Source: Chiloscyllium plagiosum
Taxonomy: Eukaryota
DNA length: 20,000 bases
NCBI RefSeq assembly: GCF_004010195.1
Contig: NC_057719.1
Coordinates: forward strand, 80,318,157-80,338,156
Direction: 5' to 3'
Part shown: positions 1 to 9,494 of the stretch, piece after piece
Layout of the letters: each line of letters starts with the position of its first letter
Position numbering within the stretch: the stretch's first letter is position 1
Translations under genes and position numbers: made by a program
Notes under the pieces: generated by a model
Seen by the model: the letters and a program-made list of their open reading frames with translations, nothing else
Databases searched by the model: none
Told to the model about the DNA's origin: nothing

Positions 1-1180
1 AGGAAGAATTCCATGTGGAATGAAAGGTTCTCTTGATTGTTGAGATTAATGGAATTGATATAAATCGTATGACTTGATCAAGTGATCACTATTGATGCTG
101 ACCGATAAATGGGCTCATGTGCCAATCTCCTGCACCCACATGACCTAAATGTATATGTCCTAAGCCAGATCTTGTGGAATTATCATTCTTTGAAAGTCCT
201 AGTCAATCTCTGAATGGCCAAAAGGAGCAGGCTTGTTTGGGGACCAGGTGAATGTGTTCAGTTCACCCCCTAATGACAATCAATTTCACCTATTACGACT
301 GCTCATCATCTGGTAGAGCTTGCTGGATCTGCTCTGCTTGGCTGGGACCAGAATGCATGAGATTGATGTGAAAACTATCTTCTAGTTCAGATTCAATACT
401 GTTCACTTGGTGGACTAAAGAGGTATCTTTGATTTTAATGGGATTTTGAAGCTGGCTAAGAGAATTGCAAATGGTCATTTAGGACAATCTTGAGCATTGT
501 CCATCTAAAGCGTAGTCCTACATCTTTACCAATAGTCAGCAGAATGTGGATGTGCATTTGTGAGAGGTATTTGAGAGATGGTTTGTGGTTTGTGGTCAGC
601 GTGAACAATGAAAGCTTTGCAGAATAGTTACATTTGAAACTGTTATGTTCTGAAAACTAGAGCAAGAGCTTCTCTTTCAATATTGGAGTAATTTTCCCAA
701 GCTGTTGTAAAGACCTTAGAACCAAATGCAATAGACTTGTCACCATGTGATAGATTTATAATGCTTTGCTGGGATCTATCTACTGCCAATAGAGGAGGGA
801 TCAGTATGTTGAAAGTTGACATGTGCTGGATGCTAAGCACCAGAGATTCGAGCATGCTGGTGATCTACATGTCATACTTATGGCATGTCTTAGCGAAGAA
901 GATCTTAAAGAGGAGAGACTTTGATCTCAAGATTTGGAACTTATGGGTATAAAAGGTTGCAGAAACCGAGATGCCTTTGTAAACCATCTTTGCAAAGTGG
1001 TGTAGATATCTCCTGCACTGATTTCTATTTCAGCAGGATCAAGTCTAATCAGTTTGATGAGTAGAATGATTGGAATAAATTGATTTGGCTAATTTTTTTT
1101 ACAATTGAAAACAGGATCATGTTTCCCTGCCACTGGCACTAGTTGATGGGAGTTTGTCATGCACAAGTTTAGTTTTTTTC
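1..1180 (-). mobile_element. Highly decayed Ty3/Gypsy LTR-retrotransposon pol remnant (RT C-terminus, RNase H, integrase zinc-finger region), running off the window start
   Basis: Minus-strand translation near 643-745 gives DKSIAFGSKVFTTAWENYSNIEREALALVF, followed by FTLTTNHKP (Gypsy RNase H pattern PIAFASRxLxxAExNYSxIEKEALA...FTLxTDHKP). Near 1-190, RMIIPQ...HIHLGH...SINSD...QQSREPFIPHGI resembles the integrase HHCC region. Many stops and frameshifts. Confidence 0.8.
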
Positions 1181-1227
1181 CAAGAACTGCGAGCTCATAT
1201 ATTAGAACTTAGAACATACACTCTGAA

Positions 1228-1541
1228 GATTAGATTAGATTACTTACAGTGTGGAAACAGGCCCTTCGGCCCAACAAGTTCACACCGCCCCACCGAAGCG
1301 CAACCCACCCATTCCCCTACATTTACCTCTTACCTAACACTGCGGGCAATTTAGCATGGCCAATTCACCTGACCTGCACATCTTTGGACTGTGGGAGGAA
1401 ACCGGAGCACCCGGAGGAAACCCACGCAGACACGGGGAGAACGTGCAAACTCCACATAGTCAGTCGCCTGAGGAGGGAATTGAACCCGGGTCTCTGGCAC
1501 TGTGAGGCAGCAGTGCTAACCACTGTGCCACCGTGCTGCCC
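1228..1541 (-). mobile_element. Young full-length tRNA-derived V-domain SINE (HE1-type)
   Basis: Reverse complement reads tRNA-like head (GGTGGCACAGTGGTTAGC A-box, GGGTTCAATTCCC B-box), V-core TGTGGAGTTTGCACGTTCTCCCCGTGTCTGCGTGGGTTTCCTCCGGGTGCTCCGGTTTCCTCCCACAGTCCAAAGATGTGCAGG, CR1-type tail GGGCCGAAGGGCCTGTTTCC and (TCTAA)n end. Confidence 0.93.
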
Positions 1542-2466
1542 ACAAGAAGACTGGGTCCTTGTTGAGACAGATGCCATGAAGCTTATTAGCAATATTAACT
1601 ATTTGCACTCTGATAGGGCCACACGTACTCAGTGTCTTTACTTTCTGACTTAAGGAACAAATATACAGTAACTGCAAATAGGCTCCTACTATTGCGACTG
1701 AAAGTGGGGCAGTTATCCCTGTTCTGGAACAATAAAATGATGTCTAACTGTCTTGAAGGCACACTACCTATCTAGTCTGGGATCTATGCAATAATATAAC
1801 AAAACCTTTCCAGGAAACAGCTGACGGCTGCTCTCAGAGAATTTCACAGAGGCCCAAGTGATTCCCGGGACCTCATATTCGTGCTTGAAAAATTTGCAGA
1901 ATCTGGACCTACACTGGGTCTGAACTAAATACTGGCCCTCAGAAAATGCAAAAACCTCCAGGATTGGCCTGAAATCTCCAGGACACCCTGCAGAAAGGTC
2001 ATGGTGCATTGAAAAATAATTTTCTTTTAATCATTTCATGGACCCTTTCTCTTTACCAGCTATAAAGCATTGAAGCTTTGAAAGAAACAGGGACGTCATT
2101 CGGCTGACAGTAAAGCAATCATTCAGTTGAGTTTTGGGATTTTGTTTCTTTGTGATTGATGTCAGGAAGGCAGTGGTAGATTGTTGACTGGCCAATGACC
2201 GGAGAATGAAGTGGGGGGGGGTGGGTTAGGTCACTTAATAAATCTTCAGGGATGAGAGTTCACAACAGGCCTCCAGCCAGGCTTTGGATGAGTGAAGGTT
2301 TTGTGATTGTTATTTGGAATGTTTCTCACGCTGAAGGACACATTGCTTAACAGTCTCCCAAACATAAATCCATCTTCTTCCCTCCAGAAGTTAATTGGCC
2401 TGCAGTATTTCTCAGTTTCCTGTTTGCTGCCACCTGAAGAGGGCTGTTGATTTTTTGTTTGCTTGT

Positions 2467-2480
2467 GTTGCCATGGAAAT
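2467..2480. promoter_or_regulatory. Candidate RFX X-box motif in non-repeat DNA
   Basis: GTTGCCATGGAAAT is close to the palindromic X-box GTTGCCATGG(C/A)AAC, with forkhead-like TGTTTGC motifs just upstream. Motif match only. Confidence 0.3.
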
Positions 2481-2729
2481 GCATACCGTCCTACAGTGTA
2501 GCTATTCATTGCTTCATTCTCTGACTAAGCCGACTTTTATTTGTGGGGGACTCAGAATCGTGAGCGCAGACTGAGACAGAGGGAAGGTTGACTGCTCTTC
2601 TGTATTGCACGAAACAGTCTCTGAGATATTTAATTAAAAGTGGCCTTTGTGCTTTTTGATCCCGGAACAAAGGGCGATTTGAAATTCAGATAGAGCGGCT
2701 GTGGATGAAGGAACATGATCCAGAGATCA

Positions 2730-3020
2730 TCATAGATTCAGAGAATCCCTACCGTGTGGAAACATGCAATTCAGCTCAACAAGTCCACACCAACCGTCCG
2801 AACAGCATCCCACCCTATCTCTGCAACCCTGCACCTCGCAAGGCTAAACCACCTCGCTTGAACATTCCTGGACACTATGGTCAATTTAGCGTAGCCAATC
2901 CATCTAACCTGCACATCTTTGGACTGTGGGAGGAAACCGGAGCATTGAGAGGAAACACATGCAGATATGAGGAGAATGTGCACACTCTACACAGACAGTC
3001 ACCTGAGGCTGAAATGTAAC
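2730..3020 (-). mobile_element. Older V-domain SINE, head truncated or decayed
   Basis: Contains ACCTGCACATCTTTGGACTGTGGGAGGAAACCGGAGCA (reverse complement of V-core) and a degraded tail GTGTGGAAACA...CAACAAGTCCACAC. Confidence 0.88.
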
Positions 3021-3082
3021 TTTTAATGAACAGGAACAGGAATTTTTCCTACATTTGTTATGGCCTCAGCAGTACCTAAGAA

Positions 3083-3427
3083 GGAGTGGCATGGTGGCTT
3101 AGTGCTTAGCATGGCTGTCCCACCGCAACAGGGACACAAGTTTGATTCCTGCCTCGGGCGACTGTTTGTTTGGAGTTTGCACATTCTCCCCGTGTCTGCG
3201 TGCGTTTCCTCCAGGTGGTCCAGTTTCCTCCCACAATCCAAAGGCGTGCAGGTCAGGTGAATTGGCCATGCTAAAGTTTCCCCATAGTGTCCAGAGATGT
3301 GCAGGCTAGGTGGATTAACCATGGGAAATATGGGGTTAGACGGATGGGGTGGGATGCTCTTTAGAGGGTTGGTGTGGACTTGATGGATCAAAAAGCCTGC
3401 TTCCACACTGTGGTATTCTATGATTTC
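3083..3427 (+). mobile_element. Older full-length V-domain SINE
   Basis: Degenerate tRNA head GGCATGGTGGCTTAGTGCTTAGCA, V-core TGGAGTTTGCACATTCTCCCCGTGTCTGCGTG, tail GCCTGCTTCCACACTGTGGTATTCTATGATT. Confidence 0.9.
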
Positions 3428-3741
3428 AAAGGAAGCAGCAGGACCTACATTTTTCAGCGCCATAAATTGGGCTGTGAGTCTGTGCCAGATTGGAGAGGCT
3501 GGGAACTGAATTAAATTCAACCACAGGCCTCACCAGAATAAACCAAGTCAGTCAATCAGGTTCTCCAATGCCAGCTCACTGGACTGGGTGACATTGTATT
3601 TCATTGGATTGCCCCATAATTTCACCTTTGCTCCCACATCCTCAGTTTTTGACTTTGAAAGGTAATGTTTGTCCCAATGCTCTTCAGGCAGTGACTGAGC
3701 AACTGTTGGGGTCTCCCCACTTACCACTGCCTATGTACCTC

Positions 3742-3820
3742 TTTTTTTAATTCTTTCCCCGGATGTTTGCATCACCGGCTATGCCAGCAATAATTGATCA
3801 TTCAGAGGACAGTTAAAAGT
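3742..3820 (-). mobile_element. Short 3'-tail relic of an old SINE/LINE family
   Basis: GGATGTTTGCATCACCGGCTATGCCAGCA resembles the reverse complement of the tail at 16760-16795 (ATAAATGTTGGCATTGTC...GCCCTCATCC). Family assignment from recall. Confidence 0.4.
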
Positions 3821-3954
3821 CCCAGACATGATGCAGTTGGCCATCTTATGAGGTGTCAGCCTACATCAGAAAGAATGTTTTTTGGAGAAACATTTTCTAC
3901 CTTTCCTTTGTGCAGAAAGTCATCAGGTAAAATTTCTTTAATAAGCGCAGTGAT

Positions 3955-4499
3955 TGTAACAGGGTCAACCAGGTGGACCTCACAGAATATGAGTTCCCTG
4001 ACTGCAGCTGTTAATCTGATCCAATCAGTGGGTCCTGGCTGACAGATCAGAACAGGAGTGTCAGGCTTCCTGTTCACTCTGAGAGCTGGCTCTGAGGGAG
4101 CTGGATCAGTGTCAAGGACTCTCCACATGTTTAGGGGTGGCACGGTGGCTCAGTGGTTAGCATTGCTGCCTCACAGGGTCCCAGGTTCGATTCCAGCCTT
4201 AGGTGACTCTCTGTGTGGAGTTTGCACATTCTCCCCGTGTCTGCGTGGGTTTCCTCTGGGTGCTCCGGTTTCCTCCCACAAGTCCAAAAATGTGCAGGTT
4301 AGGTGAATTGGCCATGCTAAATTGCCCGTAGTGTTAGGTGCATTAGCCAGAGGGAAATGGGACTGGGTGCGTTACTCTTCGGAAGGTCGGTGTGGACTTG
4401 TTGGGCCAAAGGGCCTGTTTCCACACTGTAGGGAATCTAATCTAATCTAAATAAAGGGGGACTTGGTGACGGGATACTGACTTCTGTGAAGTTATTTCA
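3955..4499 (+). mobile_element. 5' LTR of a Gypsy element (about 230 bp after removing an inserted SINE), followed by a PBS-like TGGTGATGAC at 4501
   Basis: Starts TGTAAC (3955) and ends TTTCA (4499). CCAAT at 4021, AATAAA at about 4450, then G-TGG primer-binding-site start and a gag remnant. Confidence 0.8.
4135..4449 (+). mobile_element. Full-length V-domain SINE inserted in the Gypsy LTR
   Basis: GGGTGGCACGGTGGCTCAGTGGTTAGC head, GGTTCGATTCC B-box, V-core, tail GGGCCAAAGGGCCTGTTTCCACACTGTAGGGAA(TCTAA)3. Confidence 0.93.
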
Positions 4500-4580
4500 G
4501 TGGTGATGACAGAAAAGCATGCTGCTGAAGGCATTTGCTTGCAACCTTCGCCTTTTGAATTTGTGAACATTTCTGGCATC

Positions 4581-5330
4581 CTGCCATTATGTGGGAAGCT
4601 TGACTCATTCGATCCTGCTGTCGAAGACTGGGCCCAGTATGTGGGAAGAATATGTTAATTTTTCTGGGCAAATGACATTGGGGCAGATGGAAAAGCAACG
4701 CGTAATCCTTCTGACAGTTTGAGGAAATGCAACCATCTTGATTATTAGAAGCCTAATGTTTCCTGGGGCACCAGACACTAAAATCTTTCAAGAGTTGACA
4801 GATTTAGCTAAGGAATATTATGACACCCAGCCTCCTCTAATTCAGAGACACTATCAGTTTTACTCAGCAATTTGAAAGCCAGGGGAATCTGTATCGGGAT
4901 TTTTGACGAGGTTGAGATGACTGGCAGAGACATGTAACTTTAGTTTAATCCTTAATGAGACGCCGAGGGGCTGTTTGCTTTGTGGGATTAATGATGTAAC
5001 CAAGTAAACATAGAACATAGAAGAATACAGCGCAGTACAGACCCTTCGGCCCTCGATGTTGCGCCGATCCAAGCCCACCTAACCTACATTAGCCCACTAT
5101 CCTCCTCAACCTTCTTTTCTCCAATGAAAACAACCCCAAGTGCCTCAGCCTTTCCTCATACGATCTTTAAGCGCCTACTAGCTGAAGCCCAATTGGACTT
5201 CCAATAGGGACAACCTCTGGTTTTATCATTGGAAAATGCGGCAAGTGGAGCATATGAGTTTCAGGGTATTCCGATGGAAGTGGACACCCTTCGCCAGTCC
5301 AATTGAGCTTGGGGAACACCACTTAAGTGA
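4581..5330 (+). pseudogene. Decayed Gypsy gag, interrupted by a CR1 fragment
   Basis: Manual translation: LPLCGKLDSFDPAVEDWAQYVGRIC*FFWANDI...RVILLTV*G...IRSLMFPGAPDTKIFQELTDLAKEYY...KPGESVSGFLTRLR*LAETCNF...LLCGIND[insert]KRLLAEAQLDF. This is a typical vertebrate Gypsy gag N-terminus with stops. Confidence 0.85.
5008..5167 (-). mobile_element. Internally deleted CR1-type LINE 3' fragment inserted in gag
   Basis: CATAGAACATAGAA tail repeat and GACCCTTCGGCCC tail hairpin joined directly to GAAAACAACCCCAAG...CAGCCTTTCCTCATA, homologous to 7896-7931 of the CR1 copy. gag resumes at AAGCGCCTACTAGCT. Confidence 0.8.
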
Positions 5331-5332
5331 AG

Positions 5333-5461
5333 CTCTTCTTCAGGGCTTATGCCCGAAACGTCGATTCTCCTTCTCCTTTGATGCTGCCTGACCTGCTGCG
5401 CTTTTCCAGCAACACATTTTTAAGCTCTGATCCCCAGCATCTGCAGTCCTCACTTTCTCCT
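5333..5461 (+). mobile_element. Short Penelope-like terminal-repeat insertion with a 15-bp TSD and a partial hammerhead motif
   Basis: Exact flanking duplication ACCACTTAAGTGAAG at 5318-5332 and 5462-5476. Contains GGGCTTATGCCC-GAAACGTC. Body is the reverse complement of 19901-20000. Confidence 0.8.
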
Positions 5462-5686
5462 ACCACTTAAGTGAAGACAATTGCACAGCCTCACCCCAGG
5501 GACACCTCCCAGAACCACAAACAATGCCCCCTTCCCCACTCTGGGTTCCATAGTCAAGGAAACCCTTCATTTATTGCCTCAGAGTCAGTCACCCTGTCTG
5601 TATTTCAATCTATACAAAGGTCGAAGATGAATGGAGGAAATATCCATCTAGAAGAGATGCTGGACCAATGACAATCTACAATTACA

Positions 5687-5921
5687 TTGCAGAAGTGGGT
5701 ACTGCAGATGCTGAAGATTAGAGTCAAGATTACAGTGGCACTGGAGAAGCACAGCAGGTCAGGCAGCATCCGAGCAGCAGGAAAATTGACATTTCGGGAA
5801 AAAGCCCTTCATGAGGAATGAGGCCTCATTCCTGATGAAGGGCTTTTTCCCAAAACGTCGATTTTCCTGCTCCTCGGATGTTGCCGGAACTGCTGTGCTT
5901 TTCCAGCGCCACTCTAAACTT
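5687..5921. mobile_element. Head-to-head palindromic Penelope-like terminal-repeat pair (fold-back)
   Basis: Inverted arms of about 95 bp meet with no spacer at AGG|CCT (5823/5824). The right arm has CTGATGA-A-GGGCTTTTTCCC-AAAACGTC. Degenerate flanking duplication ending AATTACA (5673-5686 and 5922-5935). Confidence 0.8.
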
Positions 5922-6029
5922 CCACCTGTAATTACAGGACTGTGGCACTAGGGGGAGCATACCCGCTATTCTTGGCTTCACATTGAAGGTAGACTTTACA
6001 AACTCTGATTGGGGCAAATCTAAAGAGAG

Positions 6030-6200
6030 GTTTGGTTAACTTAGTTGGCTAACTGTGGTGTGCTGCAGGAAAATGCCAATAATATGGATTTTATCTAGTG
6101 TGGGTTGAAGTAGATTGTGAGAGCTACCTCCTTGCTTTGCTTCAGAGTGATATCCAGCATCAGCCATCATTAGCAACTGTTAGAGAATGACCACAGTCTA
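6030..6200 (+). mobile_element. Very old tRNA-headed SINE relic (probably same family as 16425-16568)
   Basis: GGTTAACTTAGTTGGCT A-box-like start, similar to the reverse complement of CTGAGCTAAACC at about 16551-16562. Heavily diverged. Confidence 0.4.
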
Positions 6201-6749
6201 CTGCAAGCCTATCTTCATTGATAGCTTTATGCATTATTGTTCCTACAGCTCCATGCACTATAACTTTGGCATCAGCAGTAATCTCATAAATTGGACCCTA
6301 TTCATTTCCTTACCGTACTCTCCTAAGGGATGCTGACCAATCTGATCTGATCATTGCTCATTGTGTATTGCACATACTCAAAAATACCCGAAAGCTGCCA
6401 CATTCAGACATGGAAAATGCCTGGCCTGCCTTAAATACTCCGGGAGGAGGTACTGTATCTTAAAAACATGGCGCAGGATGTGGATCTAGCAACCTCATAT
6501 CCTGATACACAGTAGTAATCCGAGCGGTATTTTCCATTAACAGAACACTGCTATCAAGTCAAAGAGACATTCAGCCTACCATTCAAATGAGTAATGTGGT
6601 CTATCAATTTTAATGTCAGTCCTAGAGGTAGGAAACTCACAATATAAAACATTTCACAGTTTATAGAAGTTTTTCTGATTTTTTTGTATCTCTTGTGTGT
6701 ATTACCTCTAAGTTTTGTTTAATGAGAAGGAAGGGGATCTGTTAAACAC

Positions 6750-7110
6750 ATATCAATTGTGTTTAATTACATGCAATTGGAAGGTAATAATTGGGTACAT
6801 ATAAGGACATATTTGTATTTTGATTTAACCCCTGCCCTCCCCTTCACTGTTTGATCACGCAGCATTGCCCTTTGATGAGAAGGGCATTGCTTGTCACTGG
6901 CCACTCAGGTATTTCCTTTCTTTGTGGTGGTGGAATATAAATAAAGATTTACACACTTGTTGTTTTTCACTGCGTCCGACACATGACACGGAAAAAAAAG
7001 ATAAAGAAAAGAAAACAAAAGAAAGAGGAGTGTCGGGGCTTCTGCTCACTCTGAGAGCTGGTTCTGAGAGAGAGAAAAAAAGAAGCATCAGAGGTTCTGT
7101 GGGAAAAAAA
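6750..7110 (+). mobile_element. Probable L1/Tx1-type LINE 3' end with hairpin, poly(A) signal and compound A-rich tail
   Basis: 12-bp stem-loop at 6861-6891, AATAAA at 6940-6945, A-rich tracts from 6992 interrupted by LTR-like sequence. Clade assignment is inference from the poly(A)-type tail. 5' boundary uncertain. Confidence 0.5.
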
Positions 7111-7501
7111 AGGACGCATTCATTTAAATTGTGTACGACTGAGTTAGGAAGTATTTGCTTGTAATGCTTCATTCCGTAAATAAATATAACCCCAAACAAA
7201 GATTGGCTCCAGTATTCCAGCTGGCTTTCTAAGCAATAGCATTTACCCTCTGGAAAGCAAGCCCCTAAGTATCAAATAGATCAACCCATCTCTTGCCTGT
7301 CCATCAGAGTCGTGTGATGTAACAACCCATTACTTAGCTACCGTGTTGTTTCTGAATTTTTTTGTTTAACATCGTTCCTGTCTGACTGTTTCCTCCCGAA
7401 TGTCCTCAGTCATCAATACCCCCATCTGTTCCCCTCAGTCAGTTGTAACCCCTCAGGGCTTACAAATATATAATCTACTTTGGAGATTGATAATAGGCAA
7501 G

Positions 7502-8312
7502 CATAGAGTCATAGAAATGTACAACAAAGAAACAGACCCTTCAGTCCAACTCATCCAAGATATCCTTAATTAACCTAGTCCATTTGGCAGTATTTGGCCC
7601 ATATCCCTCTAAACCCTTCCTATTCATTTACCCATCCAGATGCCTTTTAAATGTTGTAATTGTACCAGCCTCCACCATTTTCTCTGGCAGCTCATTCCAT
7701 ATATACACTATGCTCTGCATGAAAACGTTACTTCTTAAGTCCCTTTTAAATCTTTCTCCTCTCACATTAAACCTATGCCCTCTAGTTCTGGACTCCCTCG
7801 ACCCCAGGGAAAAGACCTTGTCTATTTATCCTATCCATGCTCCTCATGATTTTATAAACCTCTATAAGGTCACCCCTCAGTCTCCAATGCTCCAGGGAAA
7901 ACAGCCCCAGCCTATTCAGCCTCTCCCTATAGCTCAAACCCTCCAACCCTGGCAACATCCTTGCAAATCATTTTTGAACCTTTTCAAGTTTCACAACATC
8001 CTTCCTATAGCAAGGAGACCAGAATTGAATGTAGTATTCTAAAAGTGGCCTAACTAACGTCCTGCACAGCCGCAACATGACCTCCCATCTCCTATCCTCA
8101 ATGCACTGACCAATAAAGGAAAGCAAACCAAATACCTTCTTCACTATCCTGTCTAATTGTGACTCCACTTTCAAGGAGCTATGAAGCTGCACTCCAAGGT
8201 CTCTTTGTTCAGCAACACTCAATAGGACCTTACCATTAAGTGTATAAGTCCTGCCCTGATTTACCTTCCCAAAATGCAGCACTTCATATTTATATAAATT
8301 AAACTCCATCTG
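7502..8312 (-). mobile_element. 5'-truncated CR1-clade LINE (HER1-like): ORF2 C-terminus plus 3' UTR
   Basis: ORF 7968-8309 MEFNLYKYEVLHFGK...EQRDLGVQLHSSLK...LCRTLVRPLLEYYIQFWSPCYRKDVVKLEKVQK is the canonical CR1 ORF2 C-terminal region. Terminal CATAGAGTCATAGA is the reverse complement of the octamer tail. Confidence 0.95.
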
Positions 8313-8615
8313 TTTTAACCCCCTCCACCCCTACACCCTGTTACGTGCCATTAAGTACATAGATCTCTTTAGTTTAAACCTTTTGCCCAGACTGACATCA
8401 ATCCTGTTAGATATCTACCCTGAAGGAGGTGAAAGGTGAACAGGCAACTAAGTGTAATTGTTCATATGCATTGGTAATGCAAGACTGGATAGCATGCTGA
8501 TATCCCATATATTCCACCTAATACAAATCTCCCCTCAGTCTCTAGCCTCTATTGGGTAGAGTAAGTATTCTAAGATCACGTCAGTTCATTATTCACACGA
8601 TTTTTCATATCTCCT
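8313..8615 (-). mobile_element. Possible polypurine tract/3' LTR relic of a Gypsy element related to the one at 11465-14130
   Basis: ATCTCCCCTCAGTCTCTAGCCTC (8527-8549) matches ATCTCCCCTCAGTCTCTAACCTC (11464-11486) at 22/23. The extent of the relic is a guess. Confidence 0.4.
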
Positions 8616-8619
8616 CAGT

Positions 8620-8921
8620 CTGGCTCAAAGGTAGAAGACAGAGGGTGATGATGGAGGATTGTTTTTCAGATTGGAGGCCTCTTACCAGTGGAGTGCCATA
8701 AGGATCAGTGCTGAGTCTACTACTTTTTGTCATTTATATAAATGATTTGGATGTGAGCTTAAGAGGTACAGTTAGTAAGTTTGCAGATGACACCAAAATT
8801 GGAAGTGAAATGGACAGCGAAGAAGGTTATCTCAGATTACAACAGGATCTTGATGAGCTAATGGGCTGAGGAGTGGCAAATGGAGTTTAATTTGGATAAA
8901 TGCGAGGTGCTGCATTTTGGT
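8620..8921 (+). mobile_element. CR1-clade LINE reverse-transcriptase fragment
   Basis: WLKGRRQRVMMEDCFSDWRPLTSGVP*GSVLSLLLFVIYINDLDVSLRGTVSKFADDTKIG...EWQMEFNLDKCEVLHFG, with the GVPQGS and FADD RT motifs. Contains a stop and a frameshift. Confidence 0.95.
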
Positions 8922-8927
8922 GCTACA

Positions 8928-9494
8928 GGTTAACTGTAACAATTGGTGTCAGCCCAGATAAGTTGTTCAGATATTGAAGGTGTTAGCCCCCGTGTCCTGT
9001 TGTCTGTACCATAATGTTTAGACTGATTCAAATCTAAAAACATGGATTCATGCAGTTTTTGAGCAAAGTACAATGTAACTCTACAAGTACAAATTGACCC
9101 CACAAATGTATATGTGTGTACGTGCATGAGGGTTTGTGTGTGTGTGTATCTGTCTGTCTGTCTGGGGTGGGGGATTGTGAGTGTGAGAGAGAGTGTATAC
9201 GTGTGTGTGTGTATGTGTGAGTGTAAAGTATCTAAGTCTGTGAGAGGATGGATGTGTGAGTGTGGGACTGTGTGTGTCTGTAGGAGTGTGTGCCAGGGAT
9301 AGGGAGTTGTGAGTGTCTATGAGAGAGAGTGTATATGTGTGTGTGTGAGTGTAAAGTCTGTGAGAGGATGCATGTGTGAGTGGGGGGGGGTGTGTGTCTG
9401 TAGGAGTGTGTGGGACTAGCAGCGAAAAGTGGCCGAGCAGAGACTGATAGCTAAGTTCCATACCCATAGGGAGGGCCTTGACTGGGACCTTGGG
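8928..9494. mobile_element. Penelope-like element fragment: GIY-YIG C-terminus (+, 9420-9494) joined to a TG-rich segment, probably its inverted 3' UTR
   Basis: 9420-9494 translates QRKVAEQRLIAKFHTHREGLDWDLG, matching the PLE endonuclease end pattern R..xE..xI..F.T...GLNxD.G. 9110-9415 is TG-rich with an internal duplication of about 120 bp. The UTR assignment is from recall. Confidence 0.65.

Noticed and set aside
1249..1653. 134-aa ORF and its near-identical counterparts (10789-11202, 3023-3520, 2705-3019) resembling a small gene family
   Set aside because: All are antisense read-throughs of the V-SINE. The similarity is explained by the repeat, and most use non-ATG starts.
2211..2230. G-run with GGGTTAGG, a possible telomeric seed or G-quadruplex
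   Set aside because: It is a single partial unit and too short to support either call.
4135..4205. tRNA-like sequences at SINE heads
   Set aside because: They have A and B boxes but run directly into the V-domain, so they are SINE heads, not tRNA genes.
7584..8042. 152-aa plus-strand ORF
   Set aside because: It is antisense to CR1 ORF2 and the 3' UTR, with no independent coding evidence.
9081..9467. His/Thr-rich 128-aa ORF
   Set aside because: It is the translation of a (CA)-rich low-complexity tract.
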